DNA from: Nemertoderma westbladi
Lineage: Eukaryota; Animalia; Xenacoelomorpha
Assembly (NCBI GenBank): GCA_032718475.1
Contig: JAUCBJ010008806.1
Span: forward strand, 1 to 49,210
Length of the DNA: 49,210 bases
Direction of reading: 5' to 3'
A model generated the notes under the pieces. The model saw only the letters and a program-made list of their open reading frames with translations, made no database searches and was not told where the DNA came from. The stretch's first letter is position 1. Each line of letters begins with the position of its first letter. The translations under genes were made by a program, and so were the position numbers. This document shows positions 24,081-36,267 of the stretch, piece after piece.

Positions 24081-24608
24081 TTTATTTTGCGTTTTACGCT
24101 ACTGTTAACGGGACATCACGCTACTATATGTATTATTTAATATACGGTATGAGAGCAATATTGCAAGAAGCAATGTCAGTGAGAAGAGGCAAGTCGTCTC
24201 CAAGGTCTACCCAGAGCTTGGTTTAGCTGAGACACGAGGATCTGAACTTTGCATTCCTAATACTCTACTTACCAATAATACTTGAGTATAGTAGGAGCTT
24301 TATTGTACTTTAATAAGTACGGACATTTCATCTTACTGTAGTCACGTATTTATAATATGATACGGACAGTAAGGAAAGAGAAAATGAATTATTTCTCGCC
24401 GTTGCACTAAATATATAATATAAGTAATGAAGTAATAAACACGAGTATATCTATTGCACTAATCTACTAAATAATCGCTAAAATAACATTCTACTAAATA
24501 AAATTAAAGAAAACGATTATAATAAAATTACATAATAATACATACATAAATATAAAAATAATAAAACAAATATAAAATAATATAGTCACACACCCACTCT
24601 GTACGTTG

Positions 24609-27600
24609 CTACGTTGGGGAGTCCCTAGATGTTTGTTGGATTAGGGAAGTGGTCGTGGGAAGAGTATCTTGCCTTCCATAGTTTCCGGATAGTTCTCTGT
24701 CTCTTTCCAGTAAACATAAACGACCAATTGGGCGATTGAGCTGCTGCGTTTCGAATACAATTCCAGGTTTCTTAAAGTTACGTCGCATAATGATGAGTTC
24801 TACCGAACGCACTAAACCATCATCGGATATATGAGTCTCGATGATACGACCTGTCTGCCACCGCTTACGTGGAAGATCTGATTCCACAATAAGGACCATG
24901 TCTCCAGCACTGACGTTTTCTTGCTGCGCAAACCACTTGGTTCGAAGTTGTAGCGTAGGCAGATAATGTTTTTCGAAATGGTCAGCGAAACGACAGGATA
25001 ATAACTGCATAAGTTGCCAAGTTTGTCGGCAGTATTCGTCTCCGTCCATGATTTCTGATTGTGGGAGCATGGCGACAGGTTTCTTCAGTAGGAAATGTGC
25101 GGGTGTTAGCGCTTCTAGGGAGTCGGGACTCGATGAGACTGGCATAAGCGGTCTCTCGTTAAGATAGGCGGCGATTTCCTCCATTAACGTCCGCAAAAGT
25201 TCGTCGGTGAGATACGCACGGCAAGGCACTATAAAGTGAAATGCAGTCTTCATGCTCCTTATCAATCTCTCCCAACTTCCTCCCCACCAAGGGGCGTCGG
25301 CGGCGTTGAAGGTCCAGCTAGATACTGTTACCCTTAGCTGATCGTCTACCTGTCTTTGGTTCCAATCTCTAACGTAAGCTTTGATCTCATTATCGGTGCC
25401 AATGAAGTTCGTTCCCTTATCAGATCTCATCGTGTTGCTAGTTCCAAAGCGAGTGATCTGTCGGCATAAACTCAGTATGAAGCTGTTGGTAGATAGATCA
25501 TTCACTAAATCTAGATGGATCGCTCTACAAGTCATACAGACAAAGATGACACACCATCGCTTGACTATAGTCCTAGCACGATATACTTCAATAGGGCCAA
25601 ATAAATCCACACCAGTATTAGTAAAGGGTGGTTCATAGAAGCTTACTCGTTCCCTAGGTAATTCTGCCTCTCGCTGTGTTAAAGGCCTACTAAATGCTTT
25701 CCTACAGGGTATACAGTTCCTAAGAACTTGGTTCAGAGCTCTACGGGGTTTATGAAAATAATAGCAAGTTCGAATTTCGCTAAGAACTCGTTCTCTACCA
25801 GCATGGTAAAGCCTACTGTGAACATCTACAATCATCTTGATTTGTATTTCAAGATTTTTAATGAGTATGGGAAATTTAGTGTCAAAGGACAATGGAGCAT
25901 TAGTTAGTCTCCATCCAACACGTATTAACCAATCTATCATTGTGCTAGAGAAACGATCCCTTAAGCGCGTCTGTGGATTTCTCAACAACAGGAAATACTT
26001 ATCGGAATCTTCATAGCATTGCAGGAGTCTCAGTATCTGCTTATTGGTTTCTTCATGCTCCTGGTAACTGATCTTCTCCGTCAGAAACCGCTCCGATACC
26101 TTGTATTTGGGAAGATCTTTAATAGCATGGACCTGTGCAGATGTCAGTGTAGGGGTATCACTAGCAATCTTCGTCCTGGAGTAGTGATGATGGAAGCATT
26201 GCTTCAAATACATGACGGCCTTACAGAGCCGATTCCAGGAGCTATAGTGATTTATCGCTCTCTGCAGGAGAGGTGAGAGTCCCTGCGAGACGTCTGGCAT
26301 TCCAGATTTCCAGTCCCTTTCTCTGATTTCTACAACAAATTTATTGGTGGCGGTTGAGTTTAGATTCACAGCGTCGTTCCCGGAAATGTGTAGTACAGAC
26401 AGATCTATCACGGGTTTGAATAACTTTGATTTACTTGTCCGGGTTTTATGTTTGACTTTCTCCGCTCCCTTGGCTTGTCTAATCTCAGCTGTGGTGAAAT
26501 GAGGAGGCCATTCATCCTCTTCTTTGCTTAGGAAGTCGGGTCCACCTAACCAGTCTGGAGTATCTATCAGTTCTTGAGGAGTTGCTCCTCTGGAGGCGAT
26601 GTCGGCTGGATTAATCGTCCCAGGGCAATGTCTCCATTGATCTGCATTAGTGCGACTAAGTATAATGGCTACTCTGTTGGTAACGAAGAGGCTGAACTGA
26701 CAGACTTCATTGGTTATATACTCCAAAACGAGTAAAGCATCAGTCCAATAAACAGTTTTCTCCAGTGGATAGTCGATCTGTTCTGTTACATTCCGGCCGA
26801 TGGCTGTAGCGTATAGAGCCGCCTTTAACTCTGCTCGAGGAACTCGTAGTTTGTTGTTTATCAAGGCCTTAGAGGTAACCAAGGCAACTTTGATTCCATC
26901 CGGAGTTTCAACCCTCAGGTAGGCTACTATACCTATTCCCATATTGCTGGCTTCTCCAAACACATGGAGTTGATAGGAATACGTGGGGAGAATGTGACCA
27001 AAATATGAATGGGAAATAATAAAGTTCTCAATGGAGGGTAGAGAATCTTCCCATTTCATCCACTTCTTTATTAGTTCTCCCTTAAGTGGATCGTCCCACG
27101 AGTGGTTTTCAAGCCACATTTGTTGCACTAAGCTCCGACCAACTAATATAACTGGGCTAATAAATCCCAATGGATCGAAATAAGTGCTCAGGATACTTAG
27201 ACAAATCCGTTTAGTTCGAACTGGATTATCTCACTTTTTTAGCTAAAAAAACAGGATATCTCTCTCTGTGTCCCATTTCAAACCAAGCGTCTTGGTTTCC
27301 GGAAGATCATCCTTGATAAGGTCCAGATCTTTAACACCTCGATCTTCCACCGGGATCGATTCCAGAAACTCACGGGAGTTACTTGTGAATTTGGTTAGGC
27401 GAAATCCACCGCGTTTCAAGCACTCTACCATTCCCTTGGCAACATCAATGGCTTCTTCCACCGATGGGAGGGACTTTAAATTGTCGTCCATGTATATATC
27501 CCGTTTGATGTTGTCGATAACCGGTTTAGAGAAGGCGTCTTGGTTGTCATCAGCAGTGGTACACACTACTGAACAAGCGTTTGAGGGGCTCGAGATGATC

Positions 27601-28932
27601 CCGAAAGCCTGGATGGTCATCCAGTACTCCACCGGTTTTTGGTTGAGGTCTCCTTCAGGCCACCACAGAAATCGTAGGCTGTCTCGATCCCTATCCAGCG
27701 CCTTAACTTGTAAGAACATGCCTTCTATATCCGAGGCGAAAGCAATAGAATATTGCCGTAATCTTGTGAGTATTCCCAACAAGGATTGGAGTAAGTTGGG
27801 TCCCGGCAACAACTCGGAATTAAGGGATTGGCCCATGTAAAGGGCGGAGCCGTCGAATACTACCTGGACTTCGTTGGATTTACTGGGTTTGGGAACGTAA
27901 TGATGTGTTAGATAATACGTTCTCTCAGTTATGGGTGTTTCTTCCGGTACTCGCTTCGCGTATCCCTTATCGATGAATTTCTTCAGCTGGGTCTTATACA
28001 TGCAAAACGTGTAGTCGTTTCCTGGATCTGCTTGGCTCTTTCCTCCTCGACAGATAGAGCCTTGTCATAGGAAATTAGGCTCTACAGCTTCTTGAGTAAA
28101 GAATCGTACGGCGTGTTCATCGCGAATTTTATCGTTGTATCGATCTATCACCTCGTTTAGCTCGTCGTTGTAGTCGAATTGTCCGCCATGATTGACAAGA
28201 TGGCACAGTTGCATTTGGTTTCTCCAAACTTCACTCTCGGTGAGGAGGTCGTGTGTATTTTCCTCGTCAAATAATTGGGTAATATCGTCGTTATCTGATG
28301 AGTATGGTGTTCCCTCAGGTATGGTCTCTCCCTCACTGATTTCTTCTTCCCATTCACTTACCTGAGATATGTGATCGGTAGGTAATCTTTCTATGTGTGT
28401 TCTACGGGAAGGTCCAGTGAAGTACCAACCTACTCTTGTTCTTCCCGCATATGTTTGCAATGGTTGTGGTCGAGCAGGCCATTTTTCTAATGTCTCAAGC
28501 GCCTCATGCGCATTTTGGCCGATCAATATTTGCACCCCTGGGTAGTGTTGAATCTAGGGATATTATGTTGCTGGGTAAAATGGTCTTCATCCCAGTTGTA
28601 AGGTTCCACTTGGCTGGTAGCAAAGTTCTTTATCGCCACCATTTTTACTGACCTGATGCTATTTCTCCTAGTTCATCCTGGGGAGTGGAAAACGCGCCTA
28701 CATAGTAGTCTGTAGCTACTGTAGATTTCCAAACCTGCATAATTCCTGAAAGGTTCAACTTAGTTCGGAACTTGGGTTGTCCAGCAAAGATGTCTTCAGC
28801 TAGTTCCTTGTCGATGAACGTTCCTGTGCTGCCGGAGTCCAGGAGGGCGTTTACTATAAAACTCTTCGCTTTCCCGTGGACTCTCAGCTGAACTACTGGG
28901 AATTCACGAATTCCGACGTTGGAGGTTGGCAC
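24609..28932 (-). pseudogene. pol: Bel/Pao pol (protease, RT, RNase H, integrase), disrupted
   Basis: ALLDSGSTGTFI protease; GPNLL, DIEGMFLQV and YMDD RT; LHVFGEAS, PRAELKAA and NPADIASRG RNase H region; PFTNTGVDLFGP, SDKGTNF, APWWGGSWERLI integrase. Several stops and frameshifts. Confidence 0.93.
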
Positions 28933-28990
28933 TTTCCAAGATGGTTGTCGGTCCGGAATGGTCGGTTGAGCTTCATTATCGGTGTCAGCA

Positions 28991-31900
28991 TCAGCGTGTC
29001 AGTGTAAGCGCTCGATACACCGCGGTGTTTATCATATAACAGGATTCGTTTTCGTTGGAGAATTCGTCCGTGTAAAATCCTTCCATCTCAGAGCTGTGGT
29101 CAGTGTCGTTCACCTCACTGAATTGGACATGTAGTTCGGACTCACTTACCTGACTCAGGCTAGTTCTTTCAAATTCTGTGTGCAGCAAGATATGATGTTT
29201 CGCGCCGCACTTAGTGCACCTCGTGTCCGAGTAACAGGTCCGCTGTTGGTGTCCTTGTCTAAGATCATTATAACACAACCGCTTATCCCACATGACATCA
29301 CGTCTATCCTTTAGGGATTTCTTTAAGAACTCATCACATCCGTCGCACAATGCACATTTGGGTTTGATGTTACTTACTTTAACTTGGGTAGTGTTGTGCA
29401 CACTTGTTCTTTCCTCGGGCTTTCTTCCATGAATTCTCTTAGGAGACGTAGGAGGAGTTTTTGTTACCTGTTCTCTCCTGTCACTGGTTCGAGACTTAAA
29501 TTTACTTACGTCTTTAGGTGCTTTGTTGACATAGTAAGATCTATTGGTGTCTTTCCCGCTGTTCTCTTCCTGGGAGGTTTGGCTTTCGCCGTCGTCTGTA
29601 TAACATACTGGTATTACCTTTCTCCTAGAAACGGGTTTTTCACTTACTTTATTTTCCATTGTCTTCTCTCGGGACTGCTTTAGGAGCTGTAATCTTACCT
29701 CTCCATTCAAGAATGACATGAGATCAGTCATGGTAGGGTCTCTTTGTTGCTGGTCCATCATATAGAGAACTCTCTTATCCCAATGCGTACCTACTCCACC
29801 CTTCGGCAAAGTAGATGCTACGGCTCCAACAACCATAGAACTCTGATATTCGTGAGACTTACCTAGCCAATCTAACTGTCTACAGATCTCCTGGATCTCA
29901 TCGGAAAATTCTATAATCCCGCTGCTAAGAAACTTCCGGGGCGCTACTAATTTCGCATACAAATACCTAGCTATGTTAGTCCTATTACCATACCTGATGT
30001 TTAGTGTATCCCAAACTTGTCTTAATCCATCTGGATGTCCAATAAACTTTAATGCCATTAACTTGGGAGGTCCTTCCAAGCACTCGATGAGGAATCTAAG
30101 TTTCTCTCCATGGGATAGTACGGAACTCTGTATGTTATCTTTATAATATTCATTAAAAGGCAACCATTTCATCTCATCTCCATTGAACTTGACGATCTCT
30201 CCCACCTTTACCGCTTGACGGGCTTCAGTTCTTGCCATTTGACGCGTAAAACTTTCTTGGGCCATCGTATTATTTAATATCGAGTTATCGGTATATAAAT
30301 TTCTCGGATTATGATCAGGTCTATATGGAATATCATTATCAACAGGTTTATAATTATCCTTAATAGGGTTTACTATAGGAGTCTCTACTTCACTAGCAGT
30401 ATAGATGCATGTAGGCTCTACACCTTGCACATGAAATACTTCAGACCTAACAGGTTGACACATTGTTACAGGAGGTGGTGGTATACCCTTTTGTATATTT
30501 ACTAACTTATCGTGTTCTAACGGATACACTTCTTGCAATTCTAACCTACCCTCTCTTACTGTTCCCTTCAACTGTTGAACAGTCCCCTCCAACTCTCGGA
30601 CCTGCTGGGAGGAACGTGCCTGATTTTCCTCCATCTGCCCAAGCAAGAGATCCATCCCCCGCCGTCGCTCATCCACCCAATCTACCGCCGAAGCGGGAGC
30701 CGCCAACATTGTAGCGGGTAGACGAGGGACGACGGGCGATAAATCATTAATGTCTCGCTCGGCGTCCAGGACCAGAATTGACTTAGGAACTGTCCTACTG
30801 GGCACAGGTAGTTTAGTACTGTGCAAAGGGAATTTAGAGTTAGGTTCTGTAAGTACAGGGGTCTCTATCACAGAGGGGGTGGCTTCGAGAACAGGCCTAA
30901 TTATTTCAGGCTCATCCACTATAGTAGGGAGTCTTTCTATTCTGATAATTTGGTCTGTGTGTTCTGTACTACCTAAGTCTGCACTAGCTAGTTGCCTTCT
31001 CACAGCTGGGGGCAAATCAGGCAATTTCTGACGGTGGGGCGTTCTTCTATGTCCGCTGGAATGGGATCTTTTTCCTCCGCCTTCAGGATCTGTTGTATCG
31101 CCTTCATCAGATGATGTAAATCCCTGTCTTGGGAGTAGATTGACTCATTATCTTCCACTGACTAGCTGTTCTCTGTTTATTAAAGTAGTCTTTCTTCTCT
31201 TGAAGATTTTCCAACTTTAGTTGGGTTGTCCCTTCAGATGCTTTCTGTTCTGCTTCTACCGCTGCCGCTTTTCTTTCTGCCTCTGCCACTGCCGCTTTTC
31301 TTTCTGCCTCTGCCACTGCAGCTTTTCTTTCTGCCTCTGCCACTGCAGCTTTTCTTTCTGCCTCTGCCACTGCAGCTTTTCCTTCCGCTTCTGTCGCTGC
31401 CTTTTGGTCTTCTATATGTTTTTTCTTTAATTGTTCTTCCTGTTCTCTAGCGATGAGGATGCTTTCATCAAATTTAGCCTGCTCTGTGGCTAACATTTCC
31501 GCATCTAATGAGTCTAACACAAATTTGGCTCGCTCACTTTTAGGGTGAAGTCCAGCTAGCCGTCTCCTTAACTCTTTGTCACCTATAAATCGTTGATAGT
31601 CCGACAGATAGATGTCAATAGCGTCCTTCTTCTGAGGTTTTTCGGTCGTAACTTCGCTTTCAACTTGAGAAAAGGCAGCGTCTGTTGATTCTCCTTGGGT
31701 CGAGCGCTCGGTTAGCTGAATTTTCCATTGGGCCATTCCTTGGACTTTAAGACTCACCCATTGGAACTAAATCTTTACGGCGACTTGCAACGACGTGTCT
31801 TGGCTTCTCTTCGAGGCTTCCTCAAAGGCTGACAGGATTAGTCTGATCCGTACAATTCGTTCGCGAACTTGATAAAGCAGCTCTCCCTGCTCTTGAGGTC

Positions 31901-32585
31901 CGTGAGGTTGTTGAAACAGGTGTTCCTCTAATCGCTCCAAAGAGCTGAAGAATCCCTGGACATATCCTGCTGCTGACCTCTTCCACACAGCGGGATCTCG
32001 AGTATCCTTTACTACTCCCATCCGGTATAAGTCCTCCCAGGCAGCTTCCGATAAGTTAAACGGGAGTCCGGGTCCGGGGAAGTTCCATTGCGCCTCGACA
32101 ATAGACCTCAGTTCTTCCATTGTGTATCCAGCATAACTATCTTTGGTTGATCGCTTACTTCTCGCCCAATCGATTTGATGTTCTTCCATAGCGATCAATA
32201 CTCTAGTGAGTATGGCTTCAGGAAGAATGAGAAGCGGATCAGAATAAACTGCTTCTGCCATCTTCGCTCCGATCTCGGGTGTCAACTCTACAGTATCTGA
32301 ACTACTGGAGCTATCGGACTGCTGAGAAATAAGTTCTCGGTTCGGGTGTTGCTGGTGCTGCTGTTTAACAGCTGCCTCTTGGTCCCACTTGACTTGAGCC
32401 CGCGTGCCTATAATAGACCTACGGTGCTTAACTAGCCTAGGGTCTGATACTACTACTGAAGGGATGACCTTTCTTACAGTAGGAGGGGACTTGGACTTTG
32501 GTCTCAGATGTTCTGCACTCCTGTCTGAGTCGCAGACTGTTCTTTCTAGGAGACTATCTGACAGAGTTTGCTTTGTGTCAGCCAT
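28991..32585 (-). pseudogene. gag: Bel/Pao gag with long N-terminal extension, disrupted
   Basis: KFNGDEMKWLPF, EKLRFLIECLEG, LNIRYGN capsid-type motifs; LCYN...GH...C...CTKCGAKHHILLH knuckles; nonsense codon at 31767 and frameshift near 31130 relative to copy B. Confidence 0.88.
31245..31400 (-). repeat. 27-bp coding repeat (AAVAEAERK)n in gag A
   Basis: Visible in ORF 31107-31757; related but different expansion at 40848-41095 in copy B. Confidence 0.85.
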
Positions 32586-32933
32586 GTTTGATTGTGCAGT
32601 TGAATGCCTACTACTATGACGACAGTTAAAGCAAGTCTAGTAATTCAGTATCCACTGTAAGCCTAGTAATTAATTACCGATACCGTTACTCAGTGTAGCG
32701 TGATATATATAATATATTAAAATACCGGTATACACTTATAGTATATATAAGTATGGTTACAGACTAGGTTTAGTCACAGAATACCGGTATATAATTTCAG
32801 CCTAAATTTATATAAATATATATAATATATAATATATTTATAATAATACAATTAACCGATAAATCGCCAGGGACTGCGGCTTTTAAATCTGCTGCTCAAG
32901 GTATTTGAATGCGAATGGGATACTTCCGGTAGT

Positions 32934-33040
32934 GAGAGAGTGGGGCGAGCCATCAGGTGGGGAGGTAGTGGGGTGAGTCGTCAGGTGGGGAGAGAGTGGG
33001 GCGAGCCATCAGGTGGGGAGGGAGTAGGGCGATCCATCAG
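32934..33040. repeat. G-rich minisatellite, about 4 copies of 27-30 bp
   Basis: Unit approximately GAGAGAGTGGGGCGAGCCATCAGGTGGG. Confidence 0.8.
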
Positions 33041-33521
33041 ATGTGAAAAAGATATTATTTTTGATATGTTTTGTTATCGAATACATTATTTTGCATTTAC
33101 TGTTATATCAATCAATGATTGAGTTAGGTGTTATTGTTCGATTTCACTATTTCGAGCCTGTCCAAAAATTTCAATAAAATTAGTTTGAATGGTTTTTGTA
33201 GCTCAAAATTTCAGGTATCTAACAATTTTGAAATAATGACAAATGACAAGTTATAATATAAGGTTTTAGGTCACTATCTAGGCACAATCTGAAAAAACAA
33301 GTAAACAGTAATCAACAAGTGAACCCAAAATTTGACATTACATTTTAGAGTGCTAAAGTATAAATTCACATATTTAGGTTTTCTGGGCCGCTTTTTCTAA
33401 TGGAAAATGCAAAGTCGTATTTTCGTAAACCAATAGTATTTTTGTAAACTAAACTTTTTAGAAGGGTTGTACTATAAGTGAGAGAAAGTAAATTTTTCAG
33501 ATGTAATATTTTATTTTTTAG

Positions 33522-33721
33522 CTCGTGGAGGCACGAAACGACGCGCTTGGAGCAAAGAAGAGATAAAAGCTGTGCGACAACTTAAACTGTCTAAATCAAG
33601 GTTGCCTGGGAAACGGGAAATATAAAATTTAATAAAAGAACACCCTGTTTTAAAGGAACGCACCTGGCGTAACATCAAAGATTATTGCAGAAATAATAAG
33701 GATAAAATGATGAGTTTGTAA
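33522..33721 (+). pseudogene. Terminal-exon-like relic encoding a KRxW...PGK...LxxRxWxxIK C-terminal domain
   Basis: Preceded by TTTTTTAG acceptor; translates RGGTKRRAWSKEEIKAVRQL...LPGKREI*NLIKEHPVLKERTWRNIKDYCRN. Resembles, from memory, the C-terminus of large animal proteins with a tyrosine-recombinase-like core (PTHR33480-type). Confidence 0.55.
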
Positions 33722-33782
33722 AGAGATAAACTTATTAATCTATGATCTCTATGATAAACTATTATGTATAATAAAGCTGTAA

Positions 33783-34459
33783 ATATCAGCAACGATTTAG
33801 TCCCGACCATATCAGTGCCCAACGCCTTAGTTGCGGTCATATCAGTGCCCAACAACTTAGTTCCGGTCATATCAGTGCCCAACGATTTAGTTCCGACCAT
33901 ATCAGTGCCCAACGACTTAGTTCCGGCCTTTACAGTGCCCAACGATTTAGTTCTGACCATATCTGTGTCCAACGATTTAGTTCCGACCATATCTGTGTCC
34001 AACGACGGAGTTGCGGTCATCTCAGTGCCCAACGACTTAGTTCCGGCCAAATCAGTGTCCAACGACTTAGTTCCAGCCATAGTGTCCAACAACTTAGTTC
34101 CGGTCATATCAGTGACCAAAGACTTAGTACCGCCAATATCAGTGCCCAACAACTTAGTTCCGGCCATATCAGTGCCCAACGACTTAGTTCCAGCCATAGT
34201 GTCCAACGACTTAGTTCCGGCCATATCAGTGCCCAACGACTTAGTTCCGGCCATATCAGTGACCAAAGACTTAGTTCTGCCAATACCAGTGCCCAACGAT
34301 TTAATTCCGGCCATTACAGTGCCAACGCCTTAGTTCCGGCAATATCAGTGCCCAACGACTTAGTTCCGGCCATATCAGTGCCCAACGACTTAGTTTCAGC
34401 TTTGTCAGTGCCCAACGCCTTAGTTCCGACCATATCAGTACCCAACGACTTAGTTCCGA
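33783..34459 (+). repeat. 30-bp tandem repeat block 1 (ISVPNDLVPA)n
   Basis: Unit ATCAGTGCCCAACGACTTAGTTCCGGCCAT; 27-bp variants keep frame; one 1-bp deletion near 34323. Confidence 0.93.
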
Positions 34460-34810
34460 TTAATGAGGGTGAAACAAGCAATAATGTCATCATGGAAATG
34501 AATGATTATATCGATAAAACATTGTATCAAACAAGTACGCCGACTCGAGAGCTAAATTTTAGTTTTGATGGAAGAACGGTTTTTCAAATTGTCTGATGAG
34601 TTATCTTCATTTGGTAGTTAATCGGAAAGTTATGATACTGAAGTTGATGAAACTTCGTCAAATATAAGTTCTACAGCGATAGAACGTATTTCACCAGAAA
34701 TACAGACGGGCTCAGATTCTATAGTCATTTCAGTTACAAGTGAAACATCTGGGGACAGAAAAAACTTTTGTCCATTTTGTAGTTAAGAACTGCACAAGTT
34801 AAAGAGGCAT
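34460..34810 (+). pseudogene. Decayed coding segment continuing from the 30-bp repeat to a CxxC...KLxRH motif
   Basis: Repeat frame runs into INEGETSNNV..., then after a frameshift into an acidic Ser-rich tract and DRKNFCPFCS*ELHKLKRH. Confidence 0.5.
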
Positions 34811-35339
34811 ACGTCATCATCAGCGACTTTAGCATTAAACTTAGTGGGAGAATCTATGGGTACCGACGACATTATCCGGAAATATCCCAACGCTTTTAAC
34901 CCAGATGTATTTCAACAGTACAGACAATTTCGTGACGATCGCCAACATAACTTTATCGACGAAGGTTACACCAGGGGCCCAGCTTTTCAGTCATCCACGT
35001 GGCGTACAGCTGGACAGCGAAACCGACATGTAGTCACGAGGGCGACAGTCCACGGCTTCCATCACCGACTGTGTGGGACGGGGATAGGTTTCCACGAACC
35101 TGCCGATTCCTGCATCTGCCGGTATTGCAGTCTGCCCTGCACCGACCGATACCACGCTTTAGCATGTCAACTCTGCCCTTCACTATCCGAACTGGCCAAG
35201 ATGTGACATATATTACTGGGATACGCTATTATGCTTTACTTTTATTGAGTTATATTAATTTTTATTTATATTTTATCAATTAATTATTAAATAAAACTTT
35301 TACCCCGACACGGGGTGTAGCTAAAAAAAAAAAAAAAAA
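34811..35339 (+). mobile_element. 5'-truncated non-LTR retrotransposon 3' end
   Basis: ORF 34844-35206 ends with CRYC-x8-H-x3-C knuckle; short 3' UTR with AATAAA (35290-35295), stem-loop ACCCCG-ACA-CGGGGT (35302-35316) and A17 tail (35323-35339). 5' boundary approximate; no clear TSD. Confidence 0.7.
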
Positions 35340-35585
35340 TCATTGATAATAGTAAGATGTTAATTAATTTTCCTTAAGGCAATGATGAAACGTTTGGTCG
35401 GCAGTATGGCCGGCACTGATGATGGACCTCACGCCTTACCTGTGGAACAAAGCTCTGGATTGGAACTCTCAGAGACGCTCACCGCAGATCGCCCTTTGTC
35501 AAGACAAGTTATAGCAAATCTATGCTATAGGAGGCGATTCATTGAATTGCAAGATGTTGCTAGTTATGATGATGTACAGCGGAAC

Positions 35586-36267
35586 AAGACTTAGTTCCGC
35601 CAATATCAGTGCCCAACGATTTAATTCCGGCCATTACAGTGTCCAACGCCTTAGGTCCGGCCATATCAGTGCCCAATGACTTAGTTCCGGCCATATCAGT
35701 GCCCAATGACTTAGTTCCGGCCATATCAGTGCCCAACGACTTAGTTCCGGCCATTACAGTGCCCAACGCCATAGTTCCAGCCATTACAGTGCCCAAAGAC
35801 TTAGTTCCGGCCATATCAGTGACCAAAGACTTAGTTCCACCAATATCAGTGCCCAACGATTTAATTCCGGCCATTACAGTGCTCAAAGCCTTAGTTGCGG
35901 TCATATCAGTGCCCAACAACTTAGTTCCGACCATATCAGTGCCCAACGACGGAGTTGCGGTCATATCAGTGCCCAACAACTTAGTTCCGGCCATATCAGT
36001 GACCAAAGACTTAGTTAAGCCAATATCAGTGCCCAATGCCTTTGTTCCGGCCATATCAGTGCCCAACGACTTAGTTCCGGCCATATCAGTGCCCAACGAC
36101 ATAGTTCCAGCCATAGTGTCGAATGACTTAGTTCTGGCCATATCAGTGACCAAAGACTTATTTCTGCCAATATCAGTGCCCAACGATTTAATTCTGGCCA
36201 TTACAGTGCCCAACGCCTTAGTTGCGGTCATATCAGTGCCCAACGATTTAGTCCCGACCATATCAGT
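35586..36267 (+). repeat. 30-bp tandem repeat block 2
   Basis: Same unit as block 1; ends abruptly at the LTR of element B. Confidence 0.93.

Larger units (their letters stand above)
17790..32845 (-). mobile_element. Large Bel/Pao LTR retrotransposon 'A', 5'-truncated, with an extra 3' ORF
   Basis: gag-PR-RT-RNaseH-IN fragments with Bel/Pao signatures, extra ORF, PPT and 3' LTR. 5' LTR is absent; homology to copy B stops near 32845 (approximate). Confidence 0.9.
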
